Under the pieces are notes generated by a model, which was not told the DNA's origin, searched no databases, and saw nothing but the letters and a program-made list of their open reading frames with translations. DNA of 64,000 nucleotides from Phoronis australis (lineage: Eukaryota > Animalia > Phoronida): the NCBI GenBank assembly GCA_002633005.1, contig NMRA01000001.1, positions 3,641,695-3,705,694 on the forward strand, given 5' to 3'. This document shows positions 36,401 through 48,662 of the stretch, in pieces. Numbering within the stretch: the stretch's first letter is position 1; each line of letters opens with the position of its first letter. The translations under genes were made by a program, and so were the position numbers.

Positions 36401-39400
36401 TCAAATAACTTTTTTTTTCTCAATAATGAGGGACCATCAGGCTTGAGCTCTGTTTGATGTATTTGGTACACAGTTGCAAGGACTTGCATTGTCTTAGCTA
36501 GCCTTATCGCAAATAGTGAGCTTCAAACTTGTTATAAGTGTTATGTAAACTCTCATAAGTTGGTCCGAGTTTATAACAAGGGAATATATGTTGGCAACAA
36601 AATAGCGCGTATGATTGACTACTTGTGGCAGATTTAATAATTCCTCAATTGTTTCTGAGTGAAAGATAACCAGCGGAGTGATTCAGCTGAACATCTGAGC
36701 TGAACTCCTGAATGTGTTGAGTTAATGAATTGTGACTTGACTACATTATGTTCTGTTGTTACAGCTAGCAGCTCCGTGGGAGACAAAACACGGTGCTTTA
36801 ACGGCTGCAACAGAGATTCTCCGACATGAATGGTGTCCAGATGAATTTGCTGAAGCTGTTAAAGGTCATGCCCTGCGGCTTCTTGAGGACAGCGAGTACC
36901 GTGTTCGTATAGCGGCTGGTATGTATTGTGAGGGAAAGACATTGCTCCAGGGGCGTTTGCGGACATCATTGTTCAAGAATTTTCTCTTCTGATTTCTGTA
37001 GCATTTTCAACTTGATATTGTATTGTACATTTGTCAGAAAGTTTTTTTTGCACTGAAAATTTTTTATTTATCAAAGACACCTAACTTTGTCTAATGGTAG
37101 CCGTGACATTGGGATACTTAAAAATGGGGAATAATTTTTGATGCTTCATATTTTTCAGGAAAGTCAAACATCTTTGCGTCCACCATACAGTGTCCTTATA
37201 TTGGTAAGATTTCACAAAAAGTGTTCATGTGTTACATGACATTTATTTATATTCAGGTGATTTTGTGGGTGCTCTCTGCCAACGTTACGGTTCAGTGGTC
37301 TACTCAGCTATGCGTGACCTGATCTTGGAGGGTGTCCGTGACAACTTAGAAAGACATTCGGAGTCCATCGCTGGCATGTCTGAACAAGAGGAAACAGAAC
37401 GACTATTCCAAAAGCTCAGCAGTTCTCCCAGCACGGTTAGTGATTGGTTTGGGGTAAAAACATGTGTTGAAAGTACAGGCCATTGATTTGTAGGACCAGC
37501 TAGTACTTAATATATCCACGTATGATTGTCTGCTTCAAACACTGGGTTAGGTGTGGTTGCTTTGTCAGCAGCTGTCTGTATGGTTTTGTTAGGGCCAGTA
37601 TTATTTACTGTCCTTTTTTCTGAAATATATATCATTGTTGCTGTCTCTTATATCGAGAAGTTTCCAGATTTGACTGACCAGTACATTCTGTTTTTTTATT
37701 TAGAGCCCTTCCGCTGAACAAATATTCCACGACACAGCAGGATGGAAGTCTCTTGAAACATGGATGAAGTGAGTTGAGCATCTGTGTTAGGATATGTTGC
37801 CCTTTATTGAGTTGCCTACAGATCTTGTTTAATGTTTCGCTTTATGTTTGGAGGCCATCGATCAAAGTGAATAGCTCGATTTACCTGATAACACCCCAGT
37901 GAAGAAACGGAATTGGCCTCATTTCACAAAGTTTCGCTTTTCTGTAAGTGGACCTGTGACCTTAGCTGACTCATCTTGCTCACGGCTCATTACATTATTC
38001 TAGAATGTTCTGTGAACTCAAAAGTGACTTCCTCTTAATCCTAAACTGCAGGTGGTGCTGAAAAATGTCCACCAACTATTCAAATGCCTTCCTGTTACAC
38101 AGCGCATTTCAGGGTGTCGTTACTCTATCAGAAAATGGTCAATGCTAAACATTACTTAAAAACCTTTTGACTGTAGGTGCTTACAAAAGGCTATCGAGGG
38201 ATGCGGCTATTCTTTCGAGTCTTGCATCGACCAACAACTACTGGACCTTATATTCTATACACTGACGCATACAAACAGATTTGTTCGAGAGACTGGCTAC
38301 CAAGTTTGTGGTTCTCTGGTCGCTTACGGAATACAAGAAGAAGGTACAGTTGTGCCTACTGTCTTTTTGTCAAAGTGTTGCCAAATAACCGCTATCTCTT
38401 TGGCCACTGATGTTAAAAATCCTTGATTGTCTTAGAGATACATTGCAGCGTTAATGAACTCACCACAAAAGTAGAGAAGTGATGTGGTCAGCCCATTAAT
38501 TAGTGTATCCCACCTTGTTTCTGCCTTCACTTCCATGGAGCAAATAATGAAAGTTGTGTTCAGCTGTCTCTCAGCCAATGTGTTAGGTCTTTGAAAGCGA
38601 ATGCAGGAACAGGATGTGGTAAACTAATTGTTGGACCGACTGTGTCACTAATTCAGTGTTTTTGAATGCATGGTCTACAATTGCCAATGTTATAGCTATA
38701 AAGCTGAAACGTATCTCTAAGATTACTGAGGATATGCATTTTAGTAAAGAAACACCAAAATTTAGTTTTTTCTCTTAAAACGCAGCTTTAGCATTTGTCT
38801 TGTATCATTGTTGGAAGATGGTACCTTCCCTTTCAGTCATTTGTCTTGGAGATATTATCGTCATTTAGTTTTCATCTGATTACCCGTCTGACACATTACG
38901 TTGTTGGAGGGCGGTATTTCAGCTGTCACTCATTTATCTGCCATGTATTTCCATCATTTAGATTTTATCTGACCTTTCAACTTTTTATCCTCCTTCGGGT
39001 CCAGTTAACACACAGAATATCCTTGTGTAATGTTTGTGGCTGTTCCCATTCCAATGGTAGCCCCGTTTTCAGTATGCACTGTCACTCGTACTTGTAAAGT
39101 TGCATCTATCACTCTTATCTGATTATGTTATCATTAACAGGTGAGAATGTCCCTCCACTGGGGGAGGACAGTCCTATACTAATACACGGAGATGCATTCA
39201 CTAAACATTTGGCAAATGGACTGGCTGACAACTGGAGTCAGGTAGGCGAAGAAGTATTAAATTTGTCTGATTGTTGATGTATAACCTAATGAAAGTGATG
39301 TGAGCTACTGGTGTTGGTAATGGAAGGTGTTTATTAATCCGTGGTGCATTGATATGATACTTTATATCTCGGTAGGGTACCTAATGTCCACTCTTGGTGG

Positions 39401-42400
39401 ATCACTTTCTTGAAGAGTAACAAGCGTTTTGTGCCTTTTGTTAAGGTAGTTTGACGGTAATTTTGTATCTGCTTTTGTCTGATTTTTCTGGTAAAAATGA
39501 TACATTTGAGACCAGCATTACACACGTTATGGTATTTGCTCTCTCGTTTTTTGTGCAGGTCCGTTTAGCTGCATCTGTGGCCACTAGGAAGTTCCTGCTA
39601 AGTTTACAGACTAGTGAGACTCGAGAGCGGTTTTATTCTCAACTTATCCCCCCGATGTGTCTCAACAGGTTCGGAATACTTGTATTTAATTTCTTCTTTG
39701 TTAGAAATGGCGCAACTAATTTCTTTACTGTTACCCATCCACAAGCTGTTAAATTTAAAGCCTAAGTTCAACAGAATTTTGTACAATTTTAGATGTATTG
39801 GAGTAACCAGGTACTCTTAGCAAAGACTTAGCTAAATAAGAAAATGTGAATTTAGTCACGCAAATGTAGACCAGTCGAATGATAGGTGAAGCTGCTTTTT
39901 CCCACCATATTGCGTCACCACGAGATCCCTGCTCAGGATGCCTTTGGGAATGCTTGGACCCTGTGTTTAAATGTGGCTAACTTTGGAACATCATATCTCA
40001 GAAACTGTTGATCACATCCATATCCAACTTTCAGACATAACATTGCACTGTTCTCCAAAATGCTTCTACAAGTTACTTTTAAAATGTTCAATTCTGCATG
40101 ACGGGCTCACAAAAATGGGACTTTTATGACTTTGATAAAAAAGTAATAAGTTGCAAAAAAAACAAAAGAATGATCATTTAGAAAACTGTTACAACATTTT
40201 TGAAATTTCATCTTGAAATTTTTTGACAAACAAGATTTGGTTTCTATCAGTGTATCTTTTTTCAAAAAATTTTCTAAGAAAGAAATGATCACATGTCCCA
40301 GCGACATTGTTCTCTTAGCCATAAGTGAGAAAAGTCTGCAAGATTTACTTAATTGCTTAAATAACTTGTCCATAAAATGGAGAATGTCTATACTTATTGC
40401 AATATGTCGTTCACCTCAGAACTAAAACCTTCTGAAATAAGTGGTTTCGAATTTAAACTAGGAAATTCAGTACAGTACAGATGTTTTTTAAAATTTATGT
40501 AGTTGTAGTATGGGTGATGTGAGAATGAAAATGTTTGATTGTTTAAAGAATTTATGGACTGAAACTGTAATAGCGGAACTGAAAAGTAATTTAATACTCG
40601 CCAAATGTCCAGTCTTGAGGGCCAAGTGCTAGTTCACCTCTTTAATTTTGTTAAAACTTCCCTCATGACGATGAATGATGAGAAAAATTTGCAGGAAATT
40701 TCCTTTATTGGGATATTCTGTGGTTATTTTTGCTGTAATGGAAAAGGTGATTTTGACGGGGAAGCAGGATTTTGTTTGGGTAGTTTTGGTGTGTATTATG
40801 GTTTGAAACAACACAATTTCTTCTTGGTTACCTATTTTTTAATGTTTGTACAGGTACTATGTTGCTGAAGGTGTAAGGATTTACTCGCAGGATACGTGGA
40901 AGCTGGTCACAGGTGGAGAGGGAAAACAGCTGGTGGAGAAGAACATCTCCAACACTGTATGTAAAGCTTTGTAGGTTTGTGTAAATGCTTTGTAACAATG
41001 TGATTGAAATTGGTAGGGGAGATTAGAAACGGGCCAAAGATCAAACAATAAGTTTAGCATAGTTTGACTTCACATAGATAAATCTGTGAACTCTGTCATA
41101 ACATGCTCATCTGCCGAAACATCAATGCAACTGATGTGATAGGCTGCATTTGAAGTGTGGTGGGTTAATGCAGATCTGAGCTCTTCTAATGGTGCTCTAG
41201 CGATTTTTTGTAATGACTTGTGTAAAAATTACTAGTTTTGCACACACAGGTTTTAGCTGAGCCATGCGCTGGAATGTTTCTTTGACTGGGTTGTTTGGCT
41301 TTTTCACAGATATCTTATCCATGTCTTTCAATTAGATTGGCTTTTTCACTGTTAGGTCCAGTTCTATGTCGTACAAACAGAGGCTGACAACCACGCAGTG
41401 AGAGAAGCAGCTTGCGCGTGTATCGCTGAGCTCGGCTCAAAAATCGACAAGGAAATTGTCCGACCCCACGTTTCGCAGTTACTCGATGCACTTCTTGTCT
41501 GTTTCCGAGACCAGAGTTGGCCAGTTAGGGACGCTGCCTGTGTAGCCTGTGGTAACTTTATACTGTGCTTCCCAGAGGAATCCAGGTAGTGTGGGATATT
41601 TCATTGATTTACAGTAGTTATGCTGGTGTAGTGTACGGCCACAGGAAACATTGAGTTAAGGCGTGCACATAACGAGAACAGACATATATGTTGCTTTTTG
41701 ATTCATATGCATAGTTATCTAGGCGCCATCTAATGGTAGTGACATGAACTACGACTTTCTAGTAGTCTGAAAGGGTAGCTACGATGGAGTACAAGACTTG
41801 TCAGTCTGCATGTGTTCTGCTGTTGGTACCATCTGGCTCGGTGTATTATCATATTCACTATATACTTAGCATTGAATTCAATTGTAGACAAAGTACAGTG
41901 AACTAATTCATCCTGCATTTGATTTTGCAACAGATCTTTAACTTCAAAAAATAATTATAGATTAGGAAGTTTTTTAAGGGCAGCTTACCTAATTACATAA
42001 ACTATACAAATGGTGTTTGTTGACTTTTTTAGCAAGACAATTCATTGCTGCTGATTCAATTTGTTCAAGTTTGCAACTTTGCCTTGACCTTGACCTTGAT
42101 TTTAGACATAAATCCATATCTGGAGTGTTCCTGTCTGAATGCAGTCTGGTTTATTTCCATTGTAGGCCTCTTCTGAATGACCTGTACCCCTTGTTCTTCG
42201 AGAACTTGCAAGACAACATTCCCTCTGTGCGACAGGGCTCTGCTCTAGCTCTCTTCAATGTGGCTCAGGCTTATGGTAATTTGCATGTTGCAACTAGTAA
42301 AGATAAGTTGTTGCAAATGTTCTTGTTTGTCATATCCAGCTCCTATGTTATTTTACAATTTCTGCAGATGCAGTCTTACGTTGTCTTTTGCTCAGTATAT

Positions 42401-45400
42401 TAAATACTGTGACTGTATCAATGGTATTGGGAGGTGTTGAAATGTCAATGGGTATCGGCACCATTACTTTCACTGTGGTTTGTTTTTATGCACCCACACA
42501 TTTATATGTGGTAGCATATTGCCATCATCTCTGTCTGGGCATGCAGCATCCGACGTCTGCAGCTGTATCTCCTAAACCCTCACAGGATCTTGATGAGATT
42601 TGGCATATGTGTTCCTATGAAGCTGAAGACGGACAAGAACGAATTTTGGACCTTTCCGAGTACGGGTGTGCCCTCTAGTGGCAAATTTAGTTTTTTATGC
42701 TTATCTCTGTGTCTTCAAAGGTCCTTTCATAAAATTTGGCAGATATGCATCTATTAGTGAGCTGGCATTATCTTTCGGTTTTTGATGCAATTTGTGGTAT
42801 TTTGCGTCACCTAGTGGCCACTTTTACTGTTTTCGAGTCTTGTTATTTGGCATCTGCCCCTCTGTCAACCAAACCACTCTAAGGATGGTTGTAGAAATTG
42901 ACTTATTGCAAGCTCTGCCCACTTGCAAACAAACAATAAATTTTACCTGACAAGGGTTGTTTGACAGGTAAAATGCTGGCTTGGAAATGAAGGTGTGTCA
43001 AGAATGCTGCGTTCCGATTGGTCAGTTAAGCCGTCGCTCAAAATCCTGGCAATAGGTCAATTGGCTTGTATGTTCCTAATGTGAAGAGGAAGTTTGAGGA
43101 TGATTTTCCGACGACTTCATCTACTGTGGCACCTCTTACTGATAAATAGCTTTGATGACACATACGAGTTTTTGGATGGATTCGATGTATTTTGCTTCAT
43201 CTAGGGGCCATTTCTATGTTACAAATAAACACCTCTAGAGGCGCACCGTTTGGTGTGGATTTGCGGGTGCAGTTCAACATACCGTGTTGTTCTTGTTAAT
43301 TTTCATTTCTTTTTCTTCTTCGCGTTTGTCAAATGGTCAAATCTGTTCTACCAATGAATGTTGCCACCCTCTGCAGGTCATCTAGGCTGCCGTAGAGTTT
43401 CTTGTCAAGCGAGGTGAAGGAGGGCCACACTTCTTTCCTCTTTTCCTCATACAATGGACATGTCTGGAGGATGTGTTCCGTGTTCTGGCTATCCGTATCG
43501 CATAGGCACAGCTCCGACAGGCCAATATGGAATTTATTGAAAAGGTGACATCTGAGCCGATTGTGGCCAGTCCTCGACCTAAAAATTATGACCTGGTCCC
43601 TTCTTGACATCTGATAGTATAGTTCGGTTCTGTTGTACTTTGGATGCAGCTGGTTCCTGTTTTCTTTCTGCCCAGCCTTGATGATGGTCTTGACTTCACT
43701 GTAGCTGGTCCCTCCTTCTGTCTGTTCCTTTTGTGCTCCTTGCTTTGCAAGTGTGTCTGCCATTTCATTTCCATGCACATTACAATGTGAGGAGATCCAG
43801 TACAGTGTCACGTTGTGATTTCTGCAAAGGGAGGTCATGTCAGAAGACTGTTCATTTAATTCAGGGTTTTTGTCAGTGCTTGGAGGACAATTTTAATGTC
43901 ATTTTGTCTTTTAGATGCATGTTAATCAATTTGATGCTTGTACTGGGTGAATTGTTGCCTATTATTGGTCGACACAGCGTCTTGAAATACTGCTAAACTG
44001 CTAAAAATGTTACGTTTTGTTTTTAATTTTTGTTAATATCCAGTTTTGAGGGAGACTGATGATCATTTGATATTGTTTCTTTGCGTTGCTCCTAGGTGGC
44101 ACTGCAGTTGACATTCTCATGGATAAAATCAAAGAGGGTCTTGAGGGCGTTGCTAAGCAACCAGAAACAGCAGAGAGATACAACAATCTGGATAAAGGGT
44201 TGAGCACATATGGGGTCGTGAAACGGGCACGAGACAACGATATGGACCTGCATACTAACCAACCTGTGAGTGGTTGTTGTACTGTTCATTTAGGCACTGT
44301 GTGTTATACGAAAAGTTTAAAATCATAATAGGGATTTTTACCAATAGTTTCAGAAAAGTGAATGACCGTAAACCTTCCAGCATATGCTTTTACGCTTTTG
44401 AAAGTGTCTTGCAACAGTCATAATTGCGGCGGTGTGTCTTGAGCATCGTTTGCTGTTGGATGACGTTGCCTTGGCATTTGGTGTTGCCACATGTCTTAAA
44501 TTTGTACTATTTTCTAAATTTCAAATGACTGTATTAGTCTCACTTCAATTGTTGCTTGTAGTGGACATGTCCATGAGGCGTAACTTAAAATTAAGTTTGT
44601 TTCCCTCGTGTAGCTGATCAAAGATTATGTGCACGACTCAAAACATTTTATTTGCAATTTGATAGAAGAATTCATAAATAATAATATGTTAGCATTGCTT
44701 TTGATATTACTTGTACAACTTACATAATTATGCAGAACATGTTATGCAATATTTTACCAATCTACTGACCAATCTCACAGGAGTGAGATATAAAAACATA
44801 TTTAATGGACATCCTTAAGTGATACTTGTTGTGGATGTGAAATTTCGCATATTGATATAAAGTCTAAAAAACTCAATGGTGTAGTCAAATTAAAGTTGGC
44901 CTTACAAGCCGTCTTTGTGCATGTGAATGACTTATGCTTCATTTGTTCATGTGTCTCTCTGTTGTTTTAATTGTAGATGTTTTCCTGTGGCTCTCTGGCT
45001 CCCAAGATGGGACGGGGCAACAGGGCAGGGGGATGCATGGACCATCAGTTCAGGAGACCCGCCGAGCCCTGGGAGTTGGCTGAAGGGTAACCTTGTTACA
45101 TCATTAATAGCACGGCAGTCACAACTGTGTTGATAGACTAGGAAATGGAATGAGTATACTGCAAAGATGAGCAGTGTTATGCTTGTTGTGTCTAATTAAA
45201 CTTTATGAGAAAAGTGTAAGAAAATGCTGCTATATATACGTGGAACCATCAGGTACTATTAGCTCATCATTCGAACACCAGTATTGTTTGTAGCACATCA
45301 TTTTAACATCAATCATGTTTGGAATTTCAGGTGTATCCACCTGCTGACAGAACTCTGCAGCATGTCATCAATAGCACAACGTTGTGCTAAACAGCTCCCT

Positions 45401-48400
45401 CTGCTGGCCAAGGCAGCATCTCACCGTCATTACACACAGCATGTCAGCTTCCTGGAGTCGCTCTGTAAACAGATCCCCAGCATGTGCCAGAACATGGGCA
45501 AGCGAATGTTCAAAATGTATTTGGAACTCTTCATCGATGCCATATTTTACAGTCTGGTAAGAGTGTAATCCAAGTGGTCACTGTAAATACAGCGTGTGCA
45601 GACAAAATACCATGATTATGACCCATTACGATGGATTACTCTAGCTTTTCTCTGATGGTGAATTTGGCTTGCAGTCTGTCATCGAGACGAGAAACTCAGC
45701 CTACGCTCGACTGTCATGGCCTGGGGTCTAATCTTTTTACTTGAAGTCAAACTCGGAATTATTTTTGGCATTTTCTATAATTCTCCTTTTGTTCAAACTC
45801 TAGATAACTGTCTGTTGTTCTGTGCTAGAGTGCATAGCGGCTTATATGGATACTGTCAAATCCTAGTTTGCACTTGATGACCCCAGCATTAAGGCTAAAT
45901 GCTCGAGACTTAACTCGAAACTTCTAGTCTTTAGTCGAAATCTTTAGATTTTACTCAAGTTGTAGCTCAAACCTAGGGTGATCAAGTGCGAACTTGGACT
46001 AGCAACTCGTGCATAAACCCAAACCATAATGTACTCAAGCACAGAATAATAGACATTTAGTAGAATAGAAAAAATGCTCAAAAAGCAAATTTGAGTTTGA
46101 TTTTTAGTACAAAGATTGGACTCCAGGTCAAGGTCATTTTGTCTAATTATTTTCGTCGTGCACTGTATAAGTGTGGTTAAACCATAGGAGTACCGTAAAC
46201 ATACGTAGAATGAAATAGCCATAGAAATACGACGTGTGCATTGAACTATGAAAGCTTGGCAAAATCTGTGTTTCACATGTGTCTGTTGTAAGTTATCTTA
46301 AGACCTACATTATACACGGCGTGCAGATCTGTGGTCCTCAGCTACACACTACTTATATGGTTACTCATTTTCTGGTGACTTAACTATAAAAGTTACATTC
46401 AGGACCTCTAAAAGTGCATTTTCATTCTTTTCTTTTTTTGTTCACAGAAAGATTTGCGAAAGAGGTATTTAAGGTCTCTTTTCCTTTTCACAATAAGCTG
46501 TTCCAGATATTGTGTGTTTCGCACAAAAATTTCTTTACTAGAATGAATTAGATTGTAGTCATCGCTGAGTCTGTCTGCTGAGCTGTTGAATAAACTCCAC
46601 TCAGCATTGTTACACATGGATAATCTAGCCATGAGAAAGTAGTCCATTATAGGCGAATCATTTTGGGTCCACTAGTATGGACATTGATTTGATCAATCAA
46701 TCAATCTCTTTATTTATAGTCAGTTTGACAAAACAGACAAACACTAGCCAAAGGCTAATATCACAGATTGTGAATAATAACATAAAACACAATAATGAAA
46801 AACCAAACACATGTAAAGATGAGAAAACACATATTGATGAGATATGAAAGTATGACATACACACACTCACACATACACACCAGATTTAAAATCTGCATAC
46901 ACTGCACCTGCACGGTGGTTCTATCCAAGATTTAATAAAATTCTTAAAAAGTTTATAATCCATGTCCTTGGACTCATTGGGAAGAGAGTTCCAGAGTTTA
47001 GCACCGTACAGTGACAAAGAGTTTAAACCTTGGCGCACTGTTCGACATTGTTTCACCCATTGTTGCTAGCTGCTGGAAATACTCCAACTTTTATCTTACG
47101 TTCCAGTCCTGCGATAACGCCCTGACATCTAGTGCTGCAAGTCAATGTCTGAACCAGTTGTCAACTATCTTGGGTCCAAACATCTTGCGAGGGAGAGTGG
47201 AACAATATGATCCCAGGTAAACACCAGGTTTAGTGAAAGCCAAGTGGTTATTTTTATTAGTTTTTGAGTCCCCTTTTCATGTCTGTTTCTCTACATGCTA
47301 AACTATTTGAAGGATCATTATGAAAATCAGCAGATGTGTTTCTGCTGGCAAGACCATGACTGACACTGATTTTTGTGTGGGTTCTACTACTATGATGCCC
47401 ATGTGTCAATTTTTGCATCTGCAACTGCATCTAAACCCCTTGCAGAATCTAAATTTGGCAAGTGCAATACTATGAACTTGACAACAGTTGACCACATCTT
47501 TCAGATGGATCCGACTTCCATTTTGCCTTTAGTGGCTCTTAAATTTTTCTACATTTTGCTCTGTATCGTAGGTGTTTCTTGACGGATTTTCATGAAATTT
47601 GGTAAATAGTTCACTATTAAGATTGCCGGTGCCTTCCCATTTTTGAACAGATGCCACGTATTCTGTGTTTTCTAATGGCCATTTTTAAGATACTAATAAA
47701 CTACTTTAGAAGCATGCTATTTGCGGTGCAGTCGTAGATGCATTTCAATGCTTAGCATTGCTCGTTTTTGGTTGTGTCCGTAGGGGGACCCTCCTAAATC
47801 TGCCTATTCCTAGTGCATTTTTGCTTTATCAACCATCTGGAGAGAATGCAAGACCAACAATAGAAGCAGCTTGTATAATCATGGCTTCAGTGCTTATCAG
47901 ACATATCATTGCATATTCTAGCTTGATACTCATACGGGGGACAATAAGTACATATGAACACTTATAGATTAGGCTCTGTGATCCTCACAAACTTTGTAAC
48001 CTTCTTTGAAAACACGCCAAGAGACATTTAATCATGCCACCCATGGTTGTTTTTTTTCATTTTTGTTGATTTTATGCATCTGGGGCCAGTGTCTTATCAC
48101 TGTTCTTGTAATTAAACTCGAAATTATTTCTGGCATTTCCATTTAACTTTTGTGAGAACTAGTAAATGTCAATCGTTGTGTGCTTGAGTACATTACGTTT
48201 TATGTGTATGAATTTCTAGTCAAAGTTTGCACTTGATCACCCCGAGATTTGAGTTACAAACTCGATAATTCGACTAAAAACTCGAAATTTCGAACTCAGA
48301 CTTGGAACTTTTAGCCTTAGTATTGGGATCACCAAGAGCAAACTGAGATTAGACATGTATTGGGCCATTATATACTAGAGCATACAGTAATAGACATGTA

Positions 48401-48662
48401 TTGGGCCATTATATACTGGAGCATACAGTAATAGACATGTATTGGGCCATTATATACTGGAGCATAAAGTAATAGACACTTATCTTGAGTTCACACAAAA
48501 GAACAAAAAAAAACTGGCAAAGGTAATTTCGAGCTTGATTTTGTGTAGAAAGATTAGACTGTGGGACTCAGACTTGCTACTAGATATAATGTATAAATGG
48601 CCATCATTATTCTTAGGTTACTGCAGAAGCTTGATGCCAACCAGTTTGTGGCACCAATGTGA
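33415..48662 (+). CDS. Uncharacterised HEAT/ARM-repeat protein, 15 coding exons, 673 aa
   Basis: Exons 33415-33555, 36765-36918, 37257-37435, 37704-37768, 38177-38343, 39141-39241, 39559-39668, 40854-40956, 41356-41585, 42166-42275, 44096-44265, 44977-45086, 45331-45556, 47107-47216, 48617-48662. All are GT-AG and join into one ORF of 2022 nt. Repeated HEAT signatures: LEDSEYRVRIAA, LADNWSQVRLAA, ADNHAVREAA, FRDQSWPVRDAA, LQDNIPSVRQGS. Confidence 0.92.
34570..34963 (-). mobile_element. tRNA-derived SINE-like element, interrupted by a MITE
   Basis: On the minus strand, A-box-like tggctagaattgg and B box GGTTCGATTC lie on opposite sides of the MITE. Confidence 0.5.
34725..34913. mobile_element. 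Small MITE (CAATTGACC TIR) inserted into a SINE-like element
   Basis: aataggcaattgacc...ggtcaattgcccatt. An inverted second copy lies at about 42896-43063. Confidence 0.7.
43305..43850 (-). mobile_element. 5'-truncated RNase H-bearing non-LTR retrotransposon (I-group) in a HEAT gene intron
   Basis: ORF 43329-43838: TLYWISSHCNVHGNEMADTLAK (RNase H C-terminus), RSRTGHNRL, CLCD...EHILQTCP zinc knuckle; (GAA)-rich tail just after the stop. Confidence 0.88.
45721..46126. mobile_element. MITE family B copy in a HEAT gene intron
   Basis: ctggggtctaatctttttact ... agtacaaagattggactccag; internal similarity to 7578-7976. Confidence 0.65.
46684..47030 (-). mobile_element. 3' end of a CR1/L2-type LINE
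   Basis: Minus-strand peptide GLNSLSLYGAKLWNSLPNESKDMDYKLFKNFIKSWIEPPCRC, then a 3' UTR with AATAAA and an (ATTG)n tail. Confidence 0.75.
48080..48563. mobile_element. MITE family B copy with an internal ~41-bp tandem triplication
   Basis: Shares tttctagtcaaagtttgcacttgat and aagattagact with family B. Unit agacatgtattgggccattatatactggagcatacagtaat occurs about three times at 48351-48478. Confidence 0.65.

Noticed and set aside
43329-43838. 169-aa ORF as a host RNase H gene
   Set aside because: It has only the RNase H C-terminal part plus a retrotransposon zinc knuckle and simple-repeat tail. It is a truncated LINE.
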